Assembly (NCBI GenBank): GCA_012295275.1
Contig: CM022679.1
Coordinates: 29,574,001-29,638,000 of the forward strand
Direction: 5' to 3'
DNA: 64,000 nucleotides
DNA from: Chrysomallon squamiferum
Taxonomy: Eukaryota > Animalia > Mollusca
Shown piece after piece: positions 39,826 to 51,746 of the stretch. Numbering within the stretch: position 1 is the stretch's first letter; each line of letters begins with the position of its first letter. The translations under genes were made by a program, and so were the position numbers. The notes under the pieces are model-generated. The model did not search any database. It was given only the letters and a program-made list of their open reading frames with translations, and was not told the DNA's origin.

Positions 39826-42128
39826 ACATTAAGTCAAGATATTTTAGGTTATTAATACGTTTGCTGTAGTTTTGAAGCAGCTAATAACATGGATATTATC
39901 AGACACATACTGTGTGCAGTATACGTCAATCAGAATAAAAAGATTTCAAATAAATTTAAAATAGCAAAATAGTTTTAATACTTTTATAAATTATACTAGA
40001 ACCTAAGTACAAATTAACATTTTTATCTGATTATTTATTATTTTAGTTTTTTTAATTAATTTTTTTCTTCTTCTTTGTTAAGTGCCCTTTTAGATTTTGT
40101 TGTAAAACTCTTTATATGGACCATTGTAATCCAAGATTAAGATACTTACCTCTGCTATATTTGTAACAAAACAAAAAAAAAAGAATTTTACTGCGAACTA
40201 TTTTTTAAGCAGAAAAGGCCACATTTGTATCTAGATTTAAATTTCTGCTTTAGGACACAGACCAATCAGAACTGAGACTGTAATTTATGAATGAAATCTG
40301 TTATTACATAGAGACCAATCAAATGTCATGTTACAAAATATTGTTGAAACGTAAATTTTTCTTTGCAAGTAATCAAATAGAGTTAAGACCAAACAAATTT
40401 TATATTGCAAAATGTTAAATTAAAATCGAGTGAGATTAAAGATTACAGAAGTAATAAAAAAATCAAAATATTTCAGTTTTGAAATCAAATCATCACATAT
40501 TGTGTTATGAAATGTTCAAATCAAAATAGATTTTTTTACTTTCAAAGTGCAAGAAATCATGAAAACAGTAAAGTATAGTGCAGTAATTTTAAAATTACAA
40601 ATAAACTGCAGTGATATTTGAAATCTTTACATAAAAAGACATTATACTGGAATGTAAGTGTCTAGAGAAAGTTCTGTTGATAATGAAGTATCAAGTAATA
40701 TTTCAAGTCCAGGAGGCTGCCTTTGTCTTATCTTTTCAATGTGTATGGCAGACCTAATGTACTTAATACATTATCATCATACTTTATAGTTAGCAAAGAT
40801 TTGCTGCAGAATAATTAAGCAATCAGCTGGAACAGTACAAAATGTATTTGTGGCACCATCATAGATATACATTCAAATAGATTTTCTTGTACACTATTCT
40901 TTGTAAAAAAAGAAACATTTTAATAATTAAAAAATAATTTTAACTACACACATCATGTGTGTAGCTTTGTGTCAGCTCCTAGTGTAATAGCTGTGTGACA
41001 ATCTAGCTAAAAGTAGCAGCTTCTGTTGCATTTCCAATGTAGTTTCTAATCTAATGAATCTTCAAACATAAGTGTTTTTTGCTTTAGTGCACTGCTTCAG
41101 AATTTGGTGGTTTTTATATAGTTGGAGCATTTTACACACGTTTTAACATCCAGAAACTTTTTTGTCCTTTTTTTGTATTGATAATTGGATGGTGGTAATT
41201 TTTAGTTCCAAATTTACTGATTGAAGTAAAAAAAAGAGACTTTCCTGTGAGAACAACAGACAGCAGAGATTTAAGCTTCACAGTGATTTGCATATCAAGT
41301 TCTCTGACTTGACATTCATGGTTACATCAAGCTGTAATTGCGGAACCTACTTTACACATGTCCCAGCCCAAACTGATTTTATTAAACCACCGTGGTACAA
41401 AGTGTGTTTGTTTAGGTGGTGACTAATGTAGCTTTTTAACAGTTCATAGGAATAGCAGATAGAGAAAAGACTCTCTAAATGAATTGCACATATTTGATCA
41501 ACTTGTGTATGAAATTTGATGTGTTACTTCTGGTGTCACATTCATTTTGAGTACAGTATTACACTTTGTTGATTGTTTTCTTTAAAGCTTATAAATTCAC
41601 CAATGCGTACCAATCAAATTTTAAGGAATGTTTTTTTTGTTCAAAAAGAATATTTACATTTGTAAATGTAAATTTAATCAAACTTTTAAACATTGTTTAG
41701 TTCAATATTTTGTATTGATATATCATACATACATTTTATTCAATCTTGTTTTAGTTATCTACATTTTATTAATGTTTTAACATGGGTTTTTTATACCAAC
41801 TTTGTATTTTAAGTCTTTTATTTAAATTTTTCTAGTCTCAGTTTTCTGGTATCAAATTTATATTTGATTATTATTATTATTTTAAAGTACATACATCTTT
41901 GAATTAAATTAATACTGAATATTCAGTAAAATACATAAATTAGATAAAAATGAAAACGTCATTGAAATTATTTTTTGATTGATTTTAGTTTTATGTACTT
42001 AATGAATTTTTTCAGGTTTGAAAAAACACTACAATTTACAGAAAATAAATAAATAACAAAAAGATTTAAAATATTACTGCCATTTATAATTATCTGTTTA
42101 TAATTATACACATCTGAATATGAAGCTG

Positions 42129-42179
42129 TTAACCCTTTGACTCCTAATACAATAATAATAAAATGTCTCAAAGAGTTAA
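42129..42179. mobile_element. Tiny piggyBac-like TIR relic
   Basis: TTAA|CCCTTTGA ... TCAAAGAG|TTAA: imperfect inverted ends flanked by TTAA on both sides, 43 bp between the TTAA sites. Confidence 0.45.
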
Positions 42180-42903
42180 AGTAATTTTAAAATGAATGTT
42201 TACAATTATCATTATTTTAATAGAAAGATAAATAAGAATTGGGACATTTAAATACATTTTTAAATCAAAATTTTTAAAAAAAAGAAAAAAAGAGAGAAAT
42301 AAAACAAAATAGCTTCATTATTTTGCTATGTACATGTTAATACTTAGTTCTGTATTTAATTTTTACATATTCTCTAATTTCATTATTTTTCATTTTTAAT
42401 GTATTCATACATTAACCGTGTGCCGTGTTATATACATTTTTTGGAAGAGAGGGAGGAGTGAATCAATATTTAAAAGAACTACTTGCATTTTATGACAATT
42501 TAACTTTCTTGAAGAGCTATGTATATTTACTTCTAAGTGTGTCTCTTTTTTTTTTTTTTTATGTTGTTGTAGTAGTAGTATTTGTATTACCCCTGGTAAA
42601 CATTTTACAATCGTGTGAACATTCGTACGAACTGAGCCTTGTTTTTCTGTGATCACCTATATTTTAAAATAAATTTTATTATTTTTGTTTCGTCGTTGCT
42701 ACCCTTCCTGTGGCTGGCATTGTTTCGTTGTTTTTTTTATGCCGTAAAACACTGGTTAATATCTGTGCCTTTGTAAAGACTGTTCTGTTTGGTATGCTAG
42801 GTCACTGGGTGATGCCAAACATACCGAGGGATGGATCATTGTTGTTAAACAAGTGTTGTGTTGAGGGTAAAAACTAAATTTTAAAAAGGCAATTCGAGAG
42901 AGA

Positions 42904-42948
<45 letters not shown>

Positions 42949-43822
42949 TTTGATGTTATTTAGTATCCAGTTTGTACGAGGGTCTTTCTTTTTTTTGTAC
43001 TTTTAATCTGAAACTGTTTCTTAATTATCAATTTGGATTATTTAACAGTATATCAGTAACAAAATTTAATGTGTCTGTAATAATGAAATATATTTAAATG
43101 TTAGCTTAATATTAAGCAGATCATTGGTAAATGGTCAGAAAGCTTTAATTCAGTTTGTAACAAAATGATATCAACAGTGGTCTAGTTAGTGTTTCATATA
43201 TATTTAATCTGTATTAGAATAACCAAGATTAAATAGGATCAGATGTGCTCCTACTTTTCACCAACCAATGGGATGGATCAGTGAGGGATTAGTTGGAATA
43301 TCAGAGGGTTTAGTAAAAAAAAGTAAGGGCAAGGGCCCTTGGCATAAATCAGATCTTCAGTATGGGTTTTTTTCTGAACTTACTCTTGTTAGAATTTTAA
43401 TATTTTAAGCATACCAAATTTTTGTAAAACTCAAATAACATTAGTCTTGTATAAGTAGACTTTGTTATGGCAAAGAACAGGAAAGTTAAAATTTATTTAA
43501 ATCACTTATTTAACAAAGATGATGTTTTGTTTATACTTTTCAATTTTAAATTGCATGGAACTGCTGAAGTCAAAGTAAATGTTTTTTTTCTTAAATATCA
43601 TTAACAAAAGAACTTTGTTTTCTAAAAGCTGCATTCATTTTTCTAAATTTTTTTTTTTTATTATTATTATTATTTTTTTTTTTTTTTCATTTAATTCTTA
43701 CTTGTTTATGAGATATCATTCAACATGATGTCATGTGTTCCACATTAATTAGTGTGTTTTACATCTACATGTATCTAGATATTTTTCACCAGCATTCCTA
43801 ATGTGAATTTATAAATATATAA

Positions 43823-43856
<34 letters not shown>

Positions 43857-44469
43857 GTTCATCCATGTGTATTCATCAATGTTTATACACATTTCATTAT
43901 ATGGTTGTGCTACAGTTGCTCCTTGGCTCGATGTTTCGTGGTACATTTTTTTCAAACATTAGCAAAACTAACTGAATTACTAATATCTTGTGCAGAATGT
44001 CAATCTTTATTTAGAAATCTTTGTTATACATTTTTTTTTTATTATTATTGAGAGATGATGAAAATGTGATAAACATTTTTTTAAGAGTCACTGAAAAGTT
44101 TCTGAATTGTTTTGAAAAAGGCACCTGTAAAGTGTGTGCCTTATTTCTGAAATATTTATTTTCTGTTTCTTGTAAAATTACTATAAAGTTACAAAATACA
44201 TATATTTTTGAATCTCAGTTGCACAGTAAACATTTAATTTCTTAAAGGTGTAGAAACAAACATAAAATAATAAATAAATAAATAAATAAATAAAATCGGA
44301 TAGTAAATATTTACTGAATCTCAATCTCTCTAAATTTTATTCTAAAACAAATCTTTGTAATGACATCAGGTTCACAATTTCATCTTCTCCAATGTCACTA
44401 CATTTTTTTTCAGTTCAATTGTTTTTTTTTTTAGTTATATTATTATTATTACTATTATTATTATTATTA

Positions 44470-44510
<41 letters not shown>

Positions 44511-45943
44511 TATTATTATTATTATTATTATTATTACTAATGTCTGATGCACAGGGTTTACTGGTGACATTTATATGCAACATGTTCGGTGTTAAAAGCT
44601 TTTGTGCATTTTCATTTGTCAACCTGTTTTAGTGTGAATAAACCTTTTTGTTTTAACATGAGTTTATTGTTTATAAAAGTGACCAATACATAGTGGGATT
44701 TTGTTCTTCTTCTTCTTATGTTTTAGAATAAATTATTAATAAAATTAAAAATACATAATATTTGAAATTATATGGATTGTCATCACTCTGTTTACAAAAC
44801 AAAATACACCATTTATGACAAGTATCCATCTAAGTTAAGCATTATAAATCGCATTTAAATCTTAAAGTATGAAACTATCACTGAAAGCAGCAGTATCATT
44901 AGTTTAAATTTGTCACAGTGGTTTGGAAAATATTTGAGAAGGAAGAGGTAATTTTTGTTTGTTTTTAAGTGATTTATCACATGAAAATATATATGGAGGA
45001 AAAAATAAATTAAAAAATATTCTTTTACTTTGTAAAGAATAGAGCATGATCTTTATTTCATAATACTGGGTTTGACTAAAAGTTCATAGCATTTTTTAAA
45101 TTGAAATTTTAAAGACAGTATTTAGTTACTTGTACACAGATTTATTCAGCCACATTTTGTTCACCTTTCACCGTCTTTGAGACAACTTCATGAGCCCATC
45201 TTCAAAGAGTGAACATCATTTTTGATGATGGAACTGACGTTAAACATTCCAACCCATTATATTCAAACCAGTTTCGATTGCCTATCAAACTGAAAGCAGT
45301 TTTGATGGAAAATTGTTGATTTTCAATATTTACACAATTTAACTGCAGTTACCTAAATGACATGGCAGACTGACTTCAGTTATTAACTTATTTTAACTGA
45401 ATCAGTATTTGTCCAATAACTATTTATTTATTTATTTATTTTTATTATTATTATTATTATGATTATGATTATTATCATTTTGCTATCATTATTAATATTG
45501 TTATTGTTTTGTTATTATTATTATTATTATTATTAATAATAATATTGTTTTGTCATCATCATCATCAACATCAACATCATTATGATACTCACTCCTGCAA
45601 CTCTGTTGTTATTTTTATCAATTATACAGATTTTTATATTAAATACATATGTTATATATCTGCTATCTAATAACTATTAGTATTGAAAGAACTGCTTCAT
45701 GTTGAAGAGATTTAATAATTACTGCCAACAAAAGTTTTATTTGTATCAATGCAGTTCATCCCTTCTAATAATGTAGAATAACGCACTGTTAAAGATTTAA
45801 CTAGTAAGTAAATAAATAAATAAATACTGAATTAAAAAAAAATAGTAAGCATAGATAATTTAATATCAAAAACACAATTTAAAAACAATAATAATTAAAA
45901 ATATATTATAAAAAAATAATAATAATAATAATAAAAAACTGGC

Positions 45944-46053
45944 TGCCCCAGGTGAGGCTCGAACTCACAACCTCCGCATAACTCTACCTGTGTATCACAC
46001 AGGGAAGGTACTGTCTATAAGTACGGCGCGCTAACCGATTGTGCCACTGGGGC
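45944..46053 (-). tRNA. tRNA-Ile(TAT) with 36-nt intron, copy 1
   Basis: Reverse complement GCCCCAGTGGCACAATCGGTTAGCGCGCCGTACTTATA-[intron]-ATGCGGAGGTTGTGAGTTCGAGCCTCACCTGGGGCA; full cloverleaf, A and B boxes, intron at 37/38, T6 terminator just downstream. Confidence 0.95.
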
Positions 46054-46740
46054 GCTCGATGTTAGGAGTTATAAATAAACATTCGTATGTAACGGCAGTT
46101 TAAATATCTCACATCTACTGATAGTCATCTATTACAGTGACTTTAATACGCAGAAATCCGTTTATTCGAAACTGCGTCTTAACTTTCGAATTGATTTATT
46201 TCAGTTTATATCGTATTGTACGTTCATACGTAAAGGTTTTGTTTATTAACTCAGTTTGACCTGCTGTAAACCAGTTTTGAAAAGGAAGCTGGCGCTTGTG
46301 GATTCGCAAGACTCAGACTGCATCCCAAAAATGGCCGATAGTTACACCTTTAAGTATCTGATAATTGTTACTAATGACACATCTACGACGCTAGACTACG
46401 ACGTTAAATAAAACTCAAATGTCATTTTTAAAATGTTATCTGGAATGTGCAGATGGAAAGAAGAAAAAATAATCCTTTTTATGGAATTAAAATATGAGCG
46501 TTTACTGTAAACTTTACACTTAAATCAGTTCAGTTTTCCTACCCGTCATTAGGGCCTTGTTAATCCATTATCTGTCCTTAGGCTTTCAGTCCCCTTCATT
46601 CTTCCATTCCCACTGGTAACTGCCTCAGTCTAGACAGTCTTGTGAATACTGATTGTAGCCCCCTGACTGTTACGACCCACAGTTAATTCGAGCTGACTTC
46701 TTTCCAGTTAAAACTCTGAACGTTCCGCTCTTAGTCGTGC

Positions 46741-46850
46741 GCCCCAGTGGCACAATAGGTTAGCGCGCCGTACTTATAGACAGTACCTTCCCTGTGTGAT
46801 ACACAGGAAGAGCTATGCGGAGGTTGTGAGTTCGAGCCTCACCTGGGGCA
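46741..46850 (+). tRNA. tRNA-Ile(TAT) with 36-nt intron (46779-46814), copy 2
   Basis: Same body as copy 1 except D-loop C17>A; 7-bp acceptor stem, GTTCGAGC T-loop, T7 terminator at 46856-46862. Confidence 0.95.
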
Positions 46851-47325
46851 GCCGATTTTTTTGTTTGTTATTTTTATCATTTATTTCTTGTTAACTGAAT
46901 AGAAAAGATGTCAAAAGTAGCTTTTTGTTGTGCTCCTATTCACTTTGAGGTAAAAATAACATTTTCAAACAGTTAATTTCATTTCATGATGAATGTTTAA
47001 AACCTAAAACCTTTGTTAAGGAGATAAGAAATCGTAAATTATTTTTTGTCTAAAATAGTGGTGCTTATGTGCAACCAACGTTTGATCACCAATGCTAAGC
47101 TACTCGTTACAGTTTGTTTTGTATAACGAAAAAACAACAAAAAACACACACACAAAAAACACAAAAAAACAACAACAAACAAATAAAAAAAAACAAAGAA
47201 CCAAAAACATAAAGCTTGAAATAAGTATTGTTTTCTTTTTGCTTTCCCCAAGTGAAATAGTTCTGTTCTTTAAATTAATTTACTAATAGATGCCAAGCTT
47301 AAATCACACTGAAACAAAGTAAAGT

Positions 47326-47435
47326 GCCCCAGTGGCACAATCGGTTAGCGCGCCGTACTTACAGACATTACCTTGTGTGTGTTATACACAGGAAGAGCTA
47401 TGCGGAGGTTGTGAGTTCGAGCCTCACCTGTTGCA
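47326..47435 (+). pseudogene. tRNA-Ile(TAT)-derived copy with TAC anticodon, probable pseudogene
   Basis: Colinear 110-nt copy; anticodon loop CTTACA; 3' acceptor strand CTGTTGC gives two C-U mismatches; intron hairpin mutated; only T3 follows. Confidence 0.8.
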
Positions 47436-50276
47436 TTTCGCAAAACCCGAGTTTCCACAGGTCTGATGGTAGATTTAATTTGAACATTTGTATAACATAC
47501 CTATTCTGGTATTTTTAAATAGTTAGTGTCATCTGAAGAAAGAAGGATGTGAAAGAGCAAATAGTAATCATTAGTCTGTGGACGCAAATATCCATCACCA
47601 TCTGACTTGTTACATGGTTTAACTACTGGCGTCTGAATGTGGAAGGAAACATTCCCCAAAGAAATAAAAATGTCATAATAATGTAAAGTAATATTTGTTG
47701 TTAAATAAACTGTTTAAACAGAAATAAAGTGATTAAATTAATTTTATTTGCCAAGTAAATAAATGCACAGAAGTAGTCAGTAGAATCATGAATAACCCAG
47801 AACAATCTACAGTATAATTTTTTATGATTGCTTCTGGTTTGGAGGGGGGATATCTAAAAATCCAAACCAAATTCGTGGACAAAATCTAGCCAACGGAAGT
47901 CCACTAATTTGCATAAACTCGGAGTACCCCTTATTTCAGTATTATTGTGGTTAATCGTTTACAGAATATAACACAAAGACTTTCATACATTTGTATACAT
48001 TCTTAGAGGCTGGGTGAAAGGGTGTTATAAACTCTTCAAAAAATAAAAAAATAAAAAAAAAAATAAAAAAAACACGAATATATCTACCCGATGACTTTTG
48101 TTGTTAAACCTCTTTGTTCATTAAGGTTGAAAAAAAAAAGCGCAGAACGAATAAAACATGTCTCTGAAGTACGTGGAATATATTTAGACATTTTCTTCTA
48201 ACACGAAATATACAATTTAAACAATGTTTATTTATTTATTTGTTTCTTTGTTTGCTTGTTTTGTTTGGTTGGTTGTTCATTAATCGTTCTGTGGAAATAC
48301 ATTAATCTGCTCCAGAGAAAAGTGGCTAATGATGCTCTACGTAAATGACTTCGGCCAACTTCGGCATCGCCTTTCTTCTATGACGTCATCTATTTCTAAC
48401 TGTTGCGTAGAAACAATTTTAGCTATTTTGCTGAAGTCTTGGGTTTATATTTCTCAGTATTTATAATGCCTTTTTTGACAAATCTTTCAAACATGGTGCC
48501 AAGTTTTATGTAAGCAGAGTTTAAGTTTTAATATCTCCTGCTGTCTTCACCATAATGGGAAAAATATATTTCCTATATTTTAAATGTTTCTCGAATGATT
48601 TTTACCTTTTGTAGGACGAAGAAATTGATGCAAGAAAATATATTTCATACAAAAATAAGAAATAAATAAATAAATGTATTCCCAGTATTTAAAATATTTC
48701 TCGAATGATAAAATGACGAAAGACGTAATAATAATACATGTGCTTAGCATGGTACAAAAACTGATTTAAGTATTTAAATGTTTTCAGAATAAGGATAGAG
48801 GAACCAATGGACGTCGAACTTGTCGATGACAGAAAAATAGAACCAATGGACGTGGATCCATTCCGTGATCCGATGGATACATCTTAAGCAGAAAATGTAT
48901 TGTTAGTCAGTATACGTATATACTGTTTTTAAATATAACTGACAATTCAGGGATATTCCATTTATATTGGGAACCATGTAATATCACATATATTTATGTG
49001 TGTGTTTGTGTGTGGGGGGTGTGTTTGTGCAGACATACATATATAAATACATAATTAAATTTTATTTTGCTTTTTTAGATTTCGCTGGTTCACCAAAAGA
49101 TCTACGTCCATTAGGTGAGTGTTGACGTTCAACAGCTGCTACATCTAAACAAATACAGACGTGCCGCGGTCGAGCTTTCTCGATGTTCATAGTTAACAAC
49201 ACTTCGAACGATTCGTAAAAGACCGTGAATTTAAAAAAGGACAACGATAACATGATCGCAGCGGTCTATTACACAGAATCGGCGAGCGAAAAAGAACGAA
49301 CGTTTTAATGAAAGTGTTCAAACGAATAGATGCGACACAGACTGTTTGAGGGAATGAGTTGGAACGGTATAAAAGGCACAGTCTTTGGCAAGCACGTCTG
49401 AATGCACAAGACAAGAAGGTGTTTATTATTCCTCTAGTGCTTCGTGCTGATAAAGTGGTTTTGACAAACTATGCAAGCCGGTTATAAGCGTAAAGTTTCT
49501 GCAAATAAGTAGGTGCTTTTTGGAGGAAGACATTTTAAAAGAAATTCTAAAGTAAAAAAATTCAAGTGACATTTCATGCTACGACGCTTATGTACACTAT
49601 TCTTATAACCAGAGCGGAGTTAACTTGACAGTGCTTTGCCTGATAAGGTGGAGTCGGGCGTTGTTTACAAACCTTCGTGCCCCGTCATCCATTCATACAT
49701 ACAAACGTACGGAGACGCAGATTTCAAGAAAGAATGTGGCTGTTGTACGAAGTTGTGTTAGGCCATGCACCCCTTGAAAAACAATCAGATTCTTCTTTAT
49801 GCAAGTTAATCCACTGTGATTGGCCAGTGAACAATTCGAAATGAGGCGCACGTGCCAGTAGACAGGTGTCTGCTAAATGGGAGAAACGAAACCGAAACAC
49901 AGCACGGTGCTTTCCGTTAATACTCCCTGTGATATTTTTAAACAAACTGTTATTATATTTTGTTTTATAGATACAAAACGAAATATAAAAATTATTTTAC
50001 AACCAGCATTTGCTGTTTGTTTTTATTATTATAATTATTATTATCATCATCATCATCATCATCACTATCATAATTTTTTAAATTGTTTTATTTACTTATT
50101 TCTTATACAAAGATTTTATTTTAAAAATATAAAATATAAATCTCTATTCCGATAGAAACGATATCCACTGAAAGAATTCGGGTCCGAGACACCTCGCCCA
50201 AATTTTTTTTCGCTGTAAGAATGAATCCATGAACACGGTGCCGAAGTCCTCAGCAGATGCACTGAATAACTGAATT

Positions 50277-50329
<53 letters not shown>

Positions 50330-50444
50330 GACTGTAAACATTAACATCTAGTTTCTATTTATCTTTATATCGAAATTTAAATTTTATCGGGGTGCGAAGG
50401 AATAGATACCACATATTTGAGATTTTGTGGGAATTTATTTTTTG

Positions 50445-50482
<38 letters not shown>

Positions 50483-50653
50483 AATTGTACATAATTAAAT
50501 CAGCAAATGCTGTCAATGAATGACGAATCTTTCATTTCAGACAATGTTTCAAGAAATTATCTTGCAGTGTGTAAACTACCTTAAATATTTAGGTAGATAA
50601 TCTGATTTTGACATTACATGTAACATACATACATACATACATACATACATACA

Positions 50654-50687
<34 letters not shown>

Positions 50688-51345
50688 CATACACACATGC
50701 ATTCATACATACATACATCTGTATATGTGTGTATGTGTTTAACATTAAAGTTACTTAAAATTCAAATTAGTTACATCCATCAAAATAATATCGAAATTCT
50801 TTTTGCTAAAATTCTAAATCTTTCCTTTTATGGTGAATTCCAACCATTGAAAAAATTAGTGTTGATATACATGTACACAAAAATACACTCGCACGAACAA
50901 ACGCACAAACACGCACACACACGCAGATGAAAAAGAAGAAATTATTATAAATAAAATATGTAAAAATAAGAACATTTGCTGTAACTCAGGTATTACAGAG
51001 AATAGTTTTGATAGGAGCGGTCATTTCAAGCCATCACCCCACCGCCTGGTATCAAGAATATTGATATATCTTAAGGTATATTAATAAAAGTTTGCTAACA
51101 GACGGTAAGATTAGAACTTAATATAATAAAAGTTAGAATCATCACACAGATGATACTATTAATCACTAATTTTAAATTTTCATGAAATATTTTTAAAAAA
51201 AAGGGAATAAAATGTTGTAGATATTTGATAAAAATGTTAAGTGCATAGGATGAGTTCATTAATCATCTAAATGTGGAATAAATACAATAATATTATGGTT
51301 TGAGTCAGTAAGAGAGGAAAAAAATAATTCGGAAAAAAAATCGGC

Positions 51346-51453
51346 TGCCCCAGGTGAGGCTCGAACTCACAACCTCCGCATAACTTCCTGTGTATCACAC
51401 AGGGAAGGTACTGTCTATAAGTACGGCGCGCTAACCGATTGTGCCACTGGGGC
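51346..51453 (-). tRNA. tRNA-Ile(TAT) with 34-nt intron, copy 4
   Basis: Mature sequence identical to copy 1; intron 2 nt shorter; GCCGA + T8 terminator downstream. Confidence 0.95.
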
Positions 51454-51674
51454 GCACGCACGAAGTGTCGTTAATTAATGGCTATATTCAGAATTTTGAT
51501 CAGACGAAAAAATCGATGTAATTGCAAGCATCTTATATCTGTTACATACTAAATTAACGACGATGGTTAAACACTACGTTTATCCGAGTGTGTAAAAATG
51601 ACCCAAAATAATCTTTATATCGTGATAAATGGTAAACCTGTTCAGTTATTACATATTTCTGAAGTAGCGTAAAA

Positions 51675-51746
51675 TCTCGCGAGACATGAAACGTCAACAA
51701 TGGCCGCCATCTAGAGTGTCAACACGCAAACTGTCATGTAGCTTAG
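51675..51746 (+). promoter_or_regulatory. TMF1 promoter / putative non-coding first exon
   Basis: Perfect TCTCGCGAGA palindrome (51675-51684; BANP/ZBTB33-type promoter motif), YY1-type GCCGCCATCT (51703-51712), local CpG enrichment, donor AG|gttaga at 51746/47; acceptor tgtag|ACTCTCAAAATG at 52454/55. Confidence 0.65.

Noticed and set aside
39229-42700. Exact FSTL polyadenylation site (e.g. AATAAA at 42668)
   Set aside because: Many AATAAA hexamers in AT-rich sequence; it cannot be chosen without transcript data.
42786-42821. Inverted repeat TGTTTGGTAT...ATGCCAAACA
   Set aside because: A 10-bp stem with no other support; no recognisable RNA family.
47324-47518. Similar ORFs PQWHNRLARRTYR at 47324 and 51461
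   Set aside because: Both are translations of tRNA gene copies, not proteins.
47900-48200. Octamer ATTTGCAT (~47907) as an snRNA distal element
   Set aside because: No recognisable snRNA sequence at the expected distance on either side.
48510-49078. snoRNA-host arrangement in the short introns of the candidate microgene
   Set aside because: No paired C/D boxes or H/ACA hairpins found by eye.
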